From an uncultured Alphaproteobacteria bacterium (lineage in GTDB: Bacteria > Pseudomonadota > Alphaproteobacteria > RF32 > CAG-239), in assembly GCA_944393205.1 (NCBI GenBank), contig CALXZI010000002.1:500-64499 (forward strand): a stretch of DNA of 64,000 nt, in the 5' to 3' direction. Each line of letters starts with the position of its first letter. Position 1 is the first letter of the stretch. Below are positions 1-9,011 of this stretch, piece by piece. Below the pieces are notes generated by a model. That model did no database searches. It was not told the origin of the DNA and saw only the letters and a program-made list of their open reading frames with translations. Position numbers and translations under genes: made by a program.

Positions 1-542
1 TCTTTTGCCAGAGTCTGAACAGTTTCGAGGTCGTTGACCTTATGGAAGTGCTGCCCGAGCACCAACTGTCCTTTCCCTTTCAGGAAATTGAACACCTGCG
101 GGTTGAGGCTCTGCTGATCCGCGGTCACGCCGCATTCCCCGTCGCTGATGAGCTTTTGCGGAACCATCAGGATATTTACCTTATCCTTCAGTCCTGCAAA
201 TTGCGGCAACTTATCTGTTGCCTCGGTTGGTTCTAATTTGCGTTTTGCAAACTGAAACCAAAACTCATCGGGCAAGGTGCCGGCTTTGAGTTTTGTCAGA
301 ACGTCCGAGCTTTCCTTTTCAATCTGGCGCCGCATTTTGAACGGCACTTTCACGAGCACGTTGCTCATAAAATCCAGATTTTTAATAATGTTTTCTTGCT
401 CGGCTTCATACTCTTCTTCAGAGTTTTTTTCCGGCATAACGGCGAGGAGTTTATCCGCCACCTCTGCGGCGACAGCCGTGAATATGCCATGACCGAAAGC
501 GTTTCTTTCGGCGATAAACAAATTTTGAATCCTTGTTTTCAT
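1..542 (-). CDS. hypothetical protein, partial (N-terminal ~180 codons; 3' end lies beyond the window edge)
   Basis: Minus-strand reading frame from ATG (complement of 540-542) runs uninterrupted to position 1. Hand translation reads MKTRIQNLFIAERNAFGHGIF...HKVNDLETVQTLAK. It is absent from the supplied ORF track because no stop codon falls inside the window. It sits downstream of the terminator hairpin at 651-674. Confidence 0.45.
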   Translation of the reverse strand, partial: MKTRIQNLFIAERNAFGHGIFTAVAAEVADKLLAVMPEKNSEEEYEAEQENIIKNLDFMSNVLVKVPFKMRRQIEKESSDVLTKLKAGTLPDEFWFQFAKRKLEPTEATDKLPQFAGLKDKVNILMVPQKLISDGECGVTADQQSLNPQVFNFLKGKGQLVLGQHFHKVNDLETVQTLAK

Positions 543-645
543 CTTTTAATAATTTTTAAATTAATAAATATCTTACATAATGTCTCACATTTTGGACATA
601 TTGTCAATATTTTTTCAAAAAAAAGCCATTTAAATGATAAAAAAA

Positions 646-676
646 CAAAAAACCAGAAGTAAAAACTTCTGGTTTT
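646..676 (-). terminator. rho-independent terminator-like hairpin (aaccagaag / loop taaaaa / cttctggtt) following the 694-1128 gene
   Basis: Perfect 9-bp inverted repeat 651-659 / 666-674 flanked by A/T runs, immediately 3' of the minus-strand ORF ending at 694. Confidence 0.6.
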
Positions 677-693
677 CTAAAAGACAAGCTTAA

Positions 694-1128
694 TTATTCA
701 AGGTAACCGTAGATTTTTTTTGTTTTTCTGTTGTAACGATACGGCACGAACCGAACCTTTTCGCTGTTTTTGTCAAAATCAACACATTCGGCAAAGCCCA
801 AAACATTCGGCGCCAGTTCAACCAAGAGATGAAAAGCATCGTCGCCATGGTTGACGGCCAGAATGTTCCCATCGTGTGTGTTCATTAATCCGTGTTTTTT
901 AACCCACAAATCATGCGGATGCCGAAAAACGGGAATCAAAGTTTCATTGCCGTTGTAATGCGAAAACAAGTACTGCACATGATATTTGTTTCCTCTTTTA
1001 AATAACTTGTCTAAATCATGCTGGCGCATCAAATGTAATTTGCGGCGCGAGCAATGAACCCAATGTCTGTTGTAAGCAAAAAAGACCTGATTTTTTTTTG
1101 CAAACAACGCTGTTGCTTTTTCTTCCAT
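694..1128 (-). CDS. hypothetical protein (144 aa)
   Basis: Complete ORF followed by a strong hairpin terminator. No family recognised from sequence. It occupies the position upstream of rplK where nusG/secE normally sit. Confidence 0.5.
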   Translation of the reverse strand: MEEKATALFAKKNQVFFAYNRHWVHCSRRKLHLMRQHDLDKLFKRGNKYHVQYLFSHYNGNETLIPVFRHPHDLWVKKHGLMNTHDGNILAVNHGDDAFHLLVELAPNVLGFAECVDFDKNSEKVRFVPYRYNRKTKKIYGYLE

Positions 1129-1379
1129 AATATAACAAAAATTGAATTAAAAATTACGTAACTTTTTAAACTTATTCGTTCTTTTGAGGTTTGTCAACCT
1201 TTCAAGATAAATATACTTGCAAAAAAGTCTTGCATTTTTTAGCGCTTATGTTAATGATAAACCACGTTTTGAAAAAGAGATTCGCTTTTTCAAGCGTTAA
1301 TTGTTTGTTTTAACGTAATTTCGTGGGAGGGCAGCCATGCTCTTAACAACCACGAAACCTGATTTATGAGGTATGAAAA
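1129..1379 (+). promoter_or_regulatory. rplK-rplA promoter / leader region (possible L1 autoregulatory leader)
   Basis: 250-bp AT-rich untranslated region immediately 5' of rplK. Contains ttgcaa and TTATGTTAAT-like elements. The L1-binding structure was not verified. Confidence 0.25.
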
Positions 1380-1817
1380 ATGGCTAAGTCTAAAAAGAAA
1401 ATTTTAGGTTTAATCAAGCTTCAGATCCCCGCCGGCAAAGCCAACCCGTCTCCTCCGGTTGGTCCTGCTTTGGGTCAGAAAGGCTTGAATATTATGGAAT
1501 TTTGCAAAGCTTTCAATGCAGAAACCCAAAAAATGGAACCGGGAATTCCCGTTCCGGTCATTATCACGGCATATGAAGACAAAAGTTTCACTTTTATCAC
1601 CAAACTGCCGCCGGTTGCCTATTACATTAAAAAGGCTGCCAATGTTCAATCAGCTTCCAAGGAACCTGGAAAGTCTTTTGCCGGTCAGATTACTCTGGCT
1701 CAAGTAAAAGAAATCGCCGAAACCAAAATGCCGGATTTAAACTGCTCAACGGTTGAATCCGCCATGAATATGGTTAAAGGGCAGGCAGTATCCATGGGCA
1801 TCAAGGTTGTGGAGTAA
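1380..1817 (+). CDS. rplK: 50S ribosomal protein L11
   Basis: Protein [46 protein letters not shown] is the canonical L11 N-terminus. Followed 4 nt later by rplA. Confidence 0.97.
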   Translation: MAKSKKKILGLIKLQIPAGKANPSPPVGPALGQKGLNIMEFCKAFNAETQKMEPGIPVPVIITAYEDKSFTFITKLPPVAYYIKKAANVQSASKEPGKSFAGQITLAQVKEIAETKMPDLNCSTVESAMNMVKGQAVSMGIKVVE

Positions 1818-1821
1818 GACA

Positions 1822-2505
1822 ATGGCTGGAAAAAGAATCGTAAACGCTTATAAAAACGTTGATAAAAACAAAGCCTATGCTTTGAAAGACGCTGTTAAGC
1901 TCGTAAAAGAAAACGCAACAGCCAAGTTTGATGAAACAATTGATGTTGCCATCAACTTGGGTGTTGATCCGAAATATGCCGACCAAATGATCAGAGGTGT
2001 TTGCCAATTACCGCATGGCAATGGCAAAACCGTCCGCGTGGCTGTGTTTGCCCAAGGCGAAAAGGCCGATGAAGCCAAAGCCGCCGGTGCTGATATCGTT
2101 GGCGCAGAAAATCTGGTAGATTCAATTTTATCCGGTAAGATTGAATTTGATCGTTGCATCGCCACGCCTGATATGATGGGTATGGCCGGTCGCGTCGCCA
2201 GAGTTTTGGGTCCGAAAGGCTTAATGCCGAACCCGAAATTAGGGACGGTAACCGCTGATGTTGCGACAGCCGTACAAAAAGCTAAAGCCGGTGAAGTTCA
2301 GTACCGTGTTGAAAAATCCGGTATTGTTCATGCCGGAATTGCCAAAGCTTCGTTTAGCGAAGATAAAATTTACGATAATGCTAAAATGTTTATTGAAACC
2401 ATTATCAAAGCTAAACCGCAATCCTTAAAAGGGACATATTTAAAGAAAATTTCTTTAAGTTCCACCATGGGTGTTGGCGTTAAGGTTGACAGCCAAGCGC
2501 TGTAA
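1822..2505 (+). CDS. rplA: 50S ribosomal protein L1
   Basis: ATG at 1822 with GGAG immediately upstream, overlapping the rplK stop. Protein [11 protein letters not shown]...[13 protein letters not shown]...[10 protein letters not shown] is typical L1. The ORF-track start at 1807 is an upstream in-frame extension. Confidence 0.95.
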   Translation: MAGKRIVNAYKNVDKNKAYALKDAVKLVKENATAKFDETIDVAINLGVDPKYADQMIRGVCQLPHGNGKTVRVAVFAQGEKADEAKAAGADIVGAENLVDSILSGKIEFDRCIATPDMMGMAGRVARVLGPKGLMPNPKLGTVTADVATAVQKAKAGEVQYRVEKSGIVHAGIAKASFSEDKIYDNAKMFIETIIKAKPQSLKGTYLKKISLSSTMGVGVKVDSQAL

Positions 2506-2525
2506 AATCTTGAATAAAAACCTTA

Positions 2526-2557
2526 AAAAGCACCGCTAATATATTGGCGGTGCTTTT
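2526..2557. terminator. bidirectional rho-independent terminator between rplA (+) and the HD gene (-)
   Basis: aaaagcaccgc / loop taatatatt / gcggtgctttt: 7-bp GC-rich stem with A-run 5' and T-run 3'. Confidence 0.7.
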
Positions 2558-2592
2558 CTATTGTGTGAATTGTAAGGTTTTGACTTTTAATA

Positions 2593-3276
2593 TCAAATAT
2601 GTCTTGTAAGCCAACCGTCCAAATATTCTGACCATTGAGGTGTCCCCATTTCCGTGAAAAATTCTCGCAAAAAAGCCACTAAAAAATCATGACGTTCTTG
2701 AGCCATTTTCTTTGCAGTTTGGGTTTGCATGGTATTTTTTAATTTCAGCAACTTGTCAAAAAAATGATTGATGCACGGATCTTGTGCTTGTTTGTACTGT
2801 TCAAGCGTCTGGTTTTCATCTGGAAAAAAATCAGGCTTAAATAATGGCCGATGTTTAGCCGTGTTATAAGCAATTGTGCGGCAAATGCCAATAGCACCGA
2901 TGGCATCAAGCTTGTCAGCGTCAGAAAGGACCATCTGTTCAAGCGTGTCAAATTTAGGGTTGGCGCCTGATTTGGAAAAACCGATAGCATCAATTGTCGT
3001 TAAGATTTGTTGTATTTTGTTCTCGGGCAAGTTGAGCGTATGTAAAAAATTGTTAGCGCGCTGACCGTCGGGATTGATTTTATAATCATCCACATCGTGT
3101 AAAAGGGCTGCCATCAATACCACAAAGGCGTCAGCTTCTTTTTCATAAGATAAAATTTTTTCAGCATTATGATAGACGCGTTCAATATGGTCAACACCAT
3201 GGCCGGAAGATTCTTTTTCCATGATTTGCTTAACAAATTGATAAGTTTTTTCAAGCATAAGAAACCTCATATACAT
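2593..3276 (-). CDS. HD-domain phosphohydrolase
   Basis: HGVDHIERV...LLHDVDD motif (His...HD metal-binding signature of the HD superfamily). Confidence 0.75.
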   Translation of the reverse strand: MYMRFLMLEKTYQFVKQIMEKESSGHGVDHIERVYHNAEKILSYEKEADAFVVLMAALLHDVDDYKINPDGQRANNFLHTLNLPENKIQQILTTIDAIGFSKSGANPKFDTLEQMVLSDADKLDAIGAIGICRTIAYNTAKHRPLFKPDFFPDENQTLEQYKQAQDPCINHFFDKLLKLKNTMQTQTAKKMAQERHDFLVAFLREFFTEMGTPQWSEYLDGWLTRHI

Positions 3277-3289
3277 ATTGCATTATCTG

Positions 3290-3596
3290 AAGTATAAAAT
3301 TTCGCCCAAACAAGTCAAGTTTTTCTTGACATATCCTGATTTTGTATATATAAGACACTTGCTTGAACAGATACAATGCATCTGTTCGCACTGTCCAAGA
3401 CCGTAGGCGGCCTCTAAAAAAGCGAATCATCAGAGCTTTGGTCTTAATTTCCTACGCAGACGGAGTAGCAAGATTTTTTAATCCTTTTTTCTCCCGGACA
3501 GGTTAGGTGCCATATTAAGGTTTGGAAACAAGCTAAAATATGGTTGTGGTAAAACAATATTGTCAGAAATGATAATATTATAATTGGAGACAATAA
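3290..3596 (+). promoter_or_regulatory. rplJ-rplL promoter and L10 leader (autoregulatory leader region)
   Basis: About 300 bp of untranslated, structured sequence between the divergent HD gene and rplJ. A long leader upstream of rplJ is conserved as the L10(L12)4 autoregulation site (established knowledge). Structure not modelled. Confidence 0.4.
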
Positions 3597-4079
3597 GTGA
3601 ACCGCGATGAAAAGAAAGAACTCTTAAACGAGCTGCACGAGCTGTTCAACAATTCTGAAGTCGTCGTCATTTCGCATTATAAAGGTTTGACGGTGGCCGA
3701 AGTTTCTGAATTGCGTAATGTTGTCCGCAAAGCGGGTGCTGGGTTTAGAGTTACCAAAAACCGGATTACGAAACTGGCTCTTAAAGACACAAAGTTTGAA
3801 GGTTTGGCTGATTTATTCACCGGTCCGACGGCAATCGCTTTTGCCCAAGATCCTGTTTCAGCCTGCAAAGCTTGTGTTGAATTCGCAAAAAACAATGAAA
3901 AATTGGTTATTGTCGGTGGCGCACTGTCAACCGGTGTTCTGACCCTCAATGAAATCAAACGTTTGGCCACCATTCCGTCTATGGACGAACTGCGCGCCAA
4001 GATCATTGGTCTGCTTCAGGCTCCTGCCGCCCAATTGGCAAGAGTTACCAAAGCATACAGCGAAAAAGAAGCTGCATAA
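3597..4079 (+). CDS. rplJ: 50S ribosomal protein L10
   Basis: GTG start at 3597 with GGAGA 7 nt upstream. Protein ...LLNELHELFNNSEVVVISHYKGLTVAEVSELR... is L10-like. Confidence 0.93.
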   Translation: MNRDEKKELLNELHELFNNSEVVVISHYKGLTVAEVSELRNVVRKAGAGFRVTKNRITKLALKDTKFEGLADLFTGPTAIAFAQDPVSACKACVEFAKNNEKLVIVGGALSTGVLTLNEIKRLATIPSMDELRAKIIGLLQAPAAQLARVTKAYSEKEAA

Positions 4080-4130
4080 AGTTTTATGTAATTTGTTGAA
4101 ATTTAATTTTAATTTAGTTGGAGAAATAAA

Positions 4131-4505
4131 ATGGCAGATTTAGCCAAATTAGTAGATGAATTATCAGCTTTGACCGTTATGGAAGCTGCTGACTTGTCCA
4201 AAATGTTAGAAGAAAAATGGGGCGTTTCCGCCGCTGCTGCTGTTGCAGTCGCTGCTGGCGGCGCTGCCGGCGGTGCCGCTGCTGCTGAAGAAAAAGACGA
4301 ATTTGATGTTATCTTGGCAGAATCCGGCGCTAACAAAATTAATGTCATTAAAGAAATCAGAGCCATTACTCAATTAGGCTTGAAAGAAGCCAAAGATTTG
4401 GTTGATGGCGCACCGAAGACGGTTAAAGAAGGCGTTGCTAAAGCTGAAGCTGAAGAAATCAAAGCTAAACTTGAAGCCGCTGGCGCTAAAGTTGAATTGA
4501 AGTAA
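4131..4505 (+). CDS. rplL: 50S ribosomal protein L7/L12
   Basis: [44 protein letters not shown]...GAKVELK is an alphaproteobacterial-style L7/L12 with an Ala/Gly hinge. Confidence 0.97.
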   Translation: MADLAKLVDELSALTVMEAADLSKMLEEKWGVSAAAAVAVAAGGAAGGAAAAEEKDEFDVILAESGANKINVIKEIRAITQLGLKEAKDLVDGAPKTVKEGVAKAEAEEIKAKLEAAGAKVELK

Positions 4506-4523
4506 TTTCTTTAAGACAACAAA

Positions 4524-4552
4524 GAAAACCTGCTTTTGGGCAGGTTTTTTTG
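4524..4552 (+). terminator. rho-independent terminator after rplL
   Basis: aacctgc tttt gggcagg followed by a run of 7 T. Confidence 0.8.
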
Positions 4553-4824
4553 TTGTTCAAAATTCAGACATTCGGAATTGCCGGTACAAAATTTATCGCC
4601 ATAAACAGAAGGCGAAACGTAAAACCGAACATTATTTCCGAATATATCTTTTAAATCGCTTTTATGTTTTTTAAGGAGGCTAATAATATCCTTAAGACTA
4701 TTGACGGTTAAGAGCATAATAATTTTTTATCATGCATGATAAATAAAATTTCAAGAAATGCAAAAAAAACACTTGATTATTTTTTATTTCTGGAATATCT
4801 GTTGCTTGTCTTTTAATAAAAAGT

Positions 4825-4910
4825 GCGGCCGTGGCGGAATTGGTAGACGCGTAACGTTGAGGTCGTTATGAACTAAGTTCGTGAAGGTTCAAGTCCTTTC
4901 GGCCGCACCA
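4825..4910 (+). tRNA. tRNA-Leu (anticodon GAG), type II with long variable arm, CCA encoded
   Basis: Hand-folded: acceptor GCGGCCG/CGGCCGC, anticodon stem TAACG/CGTTA with loop TTGAGGT (U33, GAG, G37), long variable arm, T-loop TTCAAGT, terminal ACCA. Confidence 0.85.
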
Positions 4911-4975
4911 AGTTTCTTTCTTAAAATTAAACCATATCCTTATCCGAGGGTGCTTTTTAAGCAGAGGAGGTCGTC

Positions 4976-5929
4976 ATGTTGAGAATCTACAAATCCGAAG
5001 ATGGCGGAAAACTTGTTAAGCTTAAGAAAAACCGTATAACTCCGCTTTCATGGTATAATTTGATTAATCCCAGCACGGAAGAAATGGAAAAAGTTTCCGC
5101 GCAATTAAATCTTGATGCCGATATGCTTAAAAACGCCTTGGATTTTGACGAGCGTTCGCGGGTTGAATTTGAAGACGGCGTATTATCTCTGATTGTTAAT
5201 CTGCCGTGGATGAATGATGATGGTAAATTTGACACTTTGCCGTGCGGACTTTTTTTCACCAAGCATAATTTTATGACCATTTGTTCACATGAAAATCGGA
5301 TTATCGGCGCATTTAATAAAAATACCGCCAAAACTTTTGATACGCGTGAACGCGGTCGTTTTTTGTTAAGCATATTGTCAAAGTGCACGCAATTTTACCT
5401 GAAATATCTGGCGATGCTCAATCAAAAAACCGAAGAAATTGAATATTCTTTGCGCAAAACGACCGAAAATAAAGTGCTTTTTAAACTGATGGAAATCCAA
5501 AAGGCGCTGGTTTATTTTACAACAGCCTTAAAAGACAACCATCTTGTGTTGCTAAAGATATTGCGTATGATTAATTCACCGGCTATGCGTAAATTGGTTA
5601 AATTTACTGATGACGATATTGATTTGCTGGAAGATGTAATTGTAGATAACAAACAAGCCATAGAGATGGTGGATATGCACCGTTCCATTTTAGAAGGCAT
5701 GATGGATGGTTTTGCATCCATCATCAATAACAATTTAAATCTGGTTATGAAATTTTTGGCCGCTATTACGATTGTTTTATCCATTCCGACCATGTTGGCA
5801 AGTTTTTGGGGGATGAATGTTTCCGTTCCCGGAGCCGATAATCCGCATGGTTTTTTGATTGTGATGGGTGGATCAGTGCTTGCGACGATTTTAATCATTA
5901 TTTATTTTCGCAAGAAAGGAATGTTTTAA
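4976..5929 (+). CDS. corA: magnesium/cobalt transporter CorA
   Basis: Two C-terminal TM helices with the GMN motif (LASFWGMNVSVPG). Confidence 0.9.
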   Translation: MLRIYKSEDGGKLVKLKKNRITPLSWYNLINPSTEEMEKVSAQLNLDADMLKNALDFDERSRVEFEDGVLSLIVNLPWMNDDGKFDTLPCGLFFTKHNFMTICSHENRIIGAFNKNTAKTFDTRERGRFLLSILSKCTQFYLKYLAMLNQKTEEIEYSLRKTTENKVLFKLMEIQKALVYFTTALKDNHLVLLKILRMINSPAMRKLVKFTDDDIDLLEDVIVDNKQAIEMVDMHRSILEGMMDGFASIINNNLNLVMKFLAAITIVLSIPTMLASFWGMNVSVPGADNPHGFLIVMGGSVLATILIIIYFRKKGMF

Positions 5930-5962
5930 ATAAAAAATCTCTACGCCGAAAACAGAAAATAT

Positions 5963-5988
5963 AAAAGCACACCCTTTGGTGTGCTTTT
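5963..5988. terminator. bidirectional terminator between convergent corA and TauE-family gene
   Basis: aaaagcacacc cttt ggtgtgctttt: perfect 8-bp stem with A-run and T-run flanks. Confidence 0.75.
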
Positions 5989-6007
5989 ATTGCGTTTTAA
6001 GCAAAAT

Positions 6008-6856
6008 TTATAACCAATTTAAGAAACGCCCGCCGGCATCAAAAATAATTTTGAAGAACAACAATGCCAAAACGGTCAGAATCACAACTCGGATGATTTT
6101 ATTCCCGTTTTTAATGGCCAATCCGGCCCCTACATAGTTTCCGGCAATACTGAAAATAGCCACTGTTAATCCGAGCGGAATCAACACCACGCCGTTATAT
6201 AAAAAGATCATTAAAGAGGATATATCAGCTGTCATATTCACAATTTTAGCATTTCCTTCGGACTGTAGCAATCCCATTTTAGCAATACCGGAATAAACCA
6301 AAATCAGAAAAGTGCCTGAAGCCGGTCCGTAAAATCCGGCATACATGGCCAAAAACAAAGTTGAGATTGAAACAATGATATATTGCCATTTACGTGAAAT
6401 CGGCTTAACGTTTTTCGGCTCCAGATCCTTTTTAAGCAAAACATACATCGCTATGAGCGGCAACAGAATCAGCAGTAGAATTTTAAAAATTACTTCATTA
6501 ACCATCAAAGCAAAATTAGCACCCAAGATACCGCCGACAATTGCCGTCAGTACGCCGATGATGGCTAAATTATAATCAATGCACTTATGTTTGCAATAAC
6601 GTATGGTAGCCACGATAATACCGCAAGTAGCTGAAAGCTTGTTGGTAAATACGGCCGAATGAGCGGGTAACCCAGCAATCATATATGCCGGAAGTGAAAT
6701 CAATCCGCCGCCGCCGCCAATTGAATCGACCACGCCGGCCAAAAAAGCAAAAGGACAAACGATTAAAAACATAGATAAAGTAAGTTCTTCCATGGGACGC
6801 CTCTCATAATGATACGACACTTTACTGATAATGAAATATATTTTTTCTTGTGTCAA
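6008..6856 (-). CDS. TauE/SafE family sulfite/anion exporter (DUF81) membrane protein
   Basis: Polytopic membrane protein with GGGGG-containing repeats (VVDSIGGGGGLISLP) typical of TauE/SafE. Confidence 0.7.
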   Translation of the reverse strand: MTQEKIYFIISKVSYHYERRPMEELTLSMFLIVCPFAFLAGVVDSIGGGGGLISLPAYMIAGLPAHSAVFTNKLSATCGIIVATIRYCKHKCIDYNLAIIGVLTAIVGGILGANFALMVNEVIFKILLLILLPLIAMYVLLKKDLEPKNVKPISRKWQYIIVSISTLFLAMYAGFYGPASGTFLILVYSGIAKMGLLQSEGNAKIVNMTADISSLMIFLYNGVVLIPLGLTVAIFSIAGNYVGAGLAIKNGNKIIRVVILTVLALLFFKIIFDAGGRFLNWL

Positions 6857-6955
6857 GTGTGAGATTCCGCCTGTGTACAGGGGTTAAAGAGTATTTTCCT
6901 GTATATATTTCAAAAAGAATCTTTTAATGCCTGATAAAATTCATATAATATCATA

Positions 6956-7462
6956 ATGTTTTTTATGGGAGAGTGTATTTTGATTTTAGGCATAAGTATT
7001 GCGGTTTTGGCATTTGTTGTTGATCAGGCAAGCAAATGGTGGGTCGCCGCTTTTTTGTCCGAACGCTCGTTGCCTTTGGCGCTAACTCCGTTTTTTAATC
7101 TGGTGGAAGCATGGAATACCGGCGTCAGCTTTTCTATGTTTGACGGCGGCGGTATTATGGGAGCGGTTTTGTTATCTGCTTTTGCTTTGGTGGTGGTGGT
7201 GTTCCTGTTATCGTGGCTTCATCACGAATCTGCCGCGTCGGTACAGGTCGCTTTGGGATTGATTATCGGCGGTGCATTAGGCAATGTTTTTGATCGCCTG
7301 CGCTTTGGAGCCGTATATGATTTTCTGGATTTTTATTATCGGAATTGGCATTGGCCGGCGTTTAATGCCGCGGATGCTTTTATTTGCATCGGCGCAGTCG
7401 TTATTGTCATTCACAGCCTTTTAAACCATAAAAAACAATCATTAAAGGAGATTGACAAATGA
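6956..7462 (+). CDS. lspA: lipoprotein signal peptidase II
   Basis: 4 TM segments with motifs NTGVSFSMF, GNVFDRL and FNAADAF (LspA conserved regions). Confidence 0.85.
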   Translation: MFFMGECILILGISIAVLAFVVDQASKWWVAAFLSERSLPLALTPFFNLVEAWNTGVSFSMFDGGGIMGAVLLSAFALVVVVFLLSWLHHESAASVQVALGLIIGGALGNVFDRLRFGAVYDFLDFYYRNWHWPAFNAADAFICIGAVVIVIHSLLNHKKQSLKEIDK

Positions 7463-7623
7463 AAAAGATGTTGAGTTTGATGTTAGTGTTATCCGTTGTG
7501 TTAAGTGCGTGCGGTCTGACCAAAAAAGATTTAGGGCTAAATCGCAGTACACCGGATGAAACAAAAGTAGAAATCCGTCAGCCGCTTGACCTTCCGCCGG
7601 ATTTTGATACATTGCCGGAATAA
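7459..7623 (+). CDS. small lipoprotein (54 aa)
   Basis: ATG overlaps the lspA stop. Protein MKKMLSLMLVLSVVLSACGL... has a signal peptide plus lipobox LSAC. Below the ORF-track length cutoff. Confidence 0.5.
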   Translation: MKKMLSLMLVLSVVLSACGLTKKDLGLNRSTPDETKVEIRQPLDLPPDFDTLPE

Positions 7624-7646
7624 AAGTGTATATCTTGAGGTAGAGG

Positions 7647-9011
7647 ATGAAGAAAACAATATATCTTATTGTTTTGTATGTTTTGTTTTTTCCGCTGTTA
7701 GCTTGGGCGGAACTTCTTCCGATGGAAGAATTTTCGCTTCCGAACGGTCTACGCGTTATTGTTATATCAAATCACAAAGCTCCCATTGTCAAACAAATGC
7801 TGTGGTACAAGGTGGGAAGTATTGATGAACCGGTAGGAAAAGGCGGCGTTGCCCATCTGTTGGAGCATTTAATGTTTCGCGGCACCAAAAATATTCCGGA
7901 TTCTGGTTTCAATGAAATCGTGGCACGGCACGGTGCTGACAGCAATGCTTTTACCTCAACGGATTTTACGGCATATCACGAGCTTTCGGATATCAGTCGT
8001 CTTGAGGTCATGATGGCGTTGGAAGCCGATCGGATGGTTAATCTTGAGTTTGAACCGGAAGCTTTTAAGGCCGAGCGGCAAATTGTTTTTCAAGAACGCA
8101 AACAACGTATTGATAACAACCCAACGGCTCAATTTGGCGAACTTCTGAACACAATGCTGTGGCAAAAATCGCCGTATGCCCGTCCGGTGACTGGAACTGA
8201 AGAGGAGATTTTAAATCTGACGCCGGCCGACGTTCGCTCTTTTTACCAAACGTATTATTCACCGGCCAATGCCGTGTTGGTTTTATCCGGCGATATCAAT
8301 CTTACAGAGGCCCAAATTTTAGTGCAAAAATATTTTGGTTCCATCACAAAAAAAACGCCAAAATCAGATAAAGACGATGCTGATGAAAGAGAACGTCTCT
8401 CTGCAGGCAAATATCACACAACGGTTCAAATGCAAATGCGCCATCCCGAAGTTCGGACGCCGCGGGTGGTCAGACAATATCTCGTGCCATCTTTAAAAGA
8501 AGATGTGCGTAAGGCATATGCTTTAATGGTATTTGCGCAATATCTCGGTGGTGGCGACTCTTCCTTTTTAAATAAAGAATTAGTGCTGTCCGGACGAGTA
8601 GCTGCTGCGGCGGCCTCGTACAGCTTGTTGTCACGCGGGGCAGGGGTCTTTGCGGTTTCGGCAGTGCCGATGCGCGCACAAACGGCGTTAAAGACCGAAA
8701 CCTTACTGTCGCAAGCCGTGCAACAAGCGATGAATGCATTGGATAAAGAAAGTACCGAGAAAGAAAAACAAAAAATTCTCTCCGGCTTGGTGTATATCAA
8801 AGATAATCCTTCTGATGCGGCGATGCTTGTCGGACAAATGGCGGCTTTGGGCTTTTCTCTTGCCGATATTAACGCTTATGAAGACAATATTCGGCAGGTA
8901 ACGACAGAGGAAATCAAAACCATAGTGCTTGATATGATTGAAAATGCGCCTTCGGTAACTGGTTTTTTATTGCCCGCTGAATATGCGGCAACAACCACGG
9001 AGAATGATTGA
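7647..9011 (+). CDS. M16 family zinc peptidase (pitrilysin-like, active subunit)
   Basis: Signal peptide and inverted zinc motif HLLEHLMFRGT (HxxEH). RBS GAGGTAGAGG. Confidence 0.85.
   Translation: MKKTIYLIVLYVLFFPLLAWAELLPMEEFSLPNGLRVIVISNHKAPIVKQMLWYKVGSIDEPVGKGGVAHLLEHLMFRGTKNIPDSGFNEIVARHGADSNAFTSTDFTAYHELSDISRLEVMMALEADRMVNLEFEPEAFKAERQIVFQERKQRIDNNPTAQFGELLNTMLWQKSPYARPVTGTEEEILNLTPADVRSFYQTYYSPANAVLVLSGDINLTEAQILVQKYFGSITKKTPKSDKDDADERERLSAGKYHTTVQMQMRHPEVRTPRVVRQYLVPSLKEDVRKAYALMVFAQYLGGGDSSFLNKELVLSGRVAAAAASYSLLSRGAGVFAVSAVPMRAQTALKTETLLSQAVQQAMNALDKESTEKEKQKILSGLVYIKDNPSDAAMLVGQMAALGFSLADINAYEDNIRQVTTEEIKTIVLDMIENAPSVTGFLLPAEYAATTTEND

Noticed and set aside
4511-4717. 68-aa minus-strand ORF in the rplL to tRNA-Leu spacer
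   Set aside because: It overlaps the rplL terminator and has no RBS. The region is better explained as terminator plus tRNA promoter spacer.
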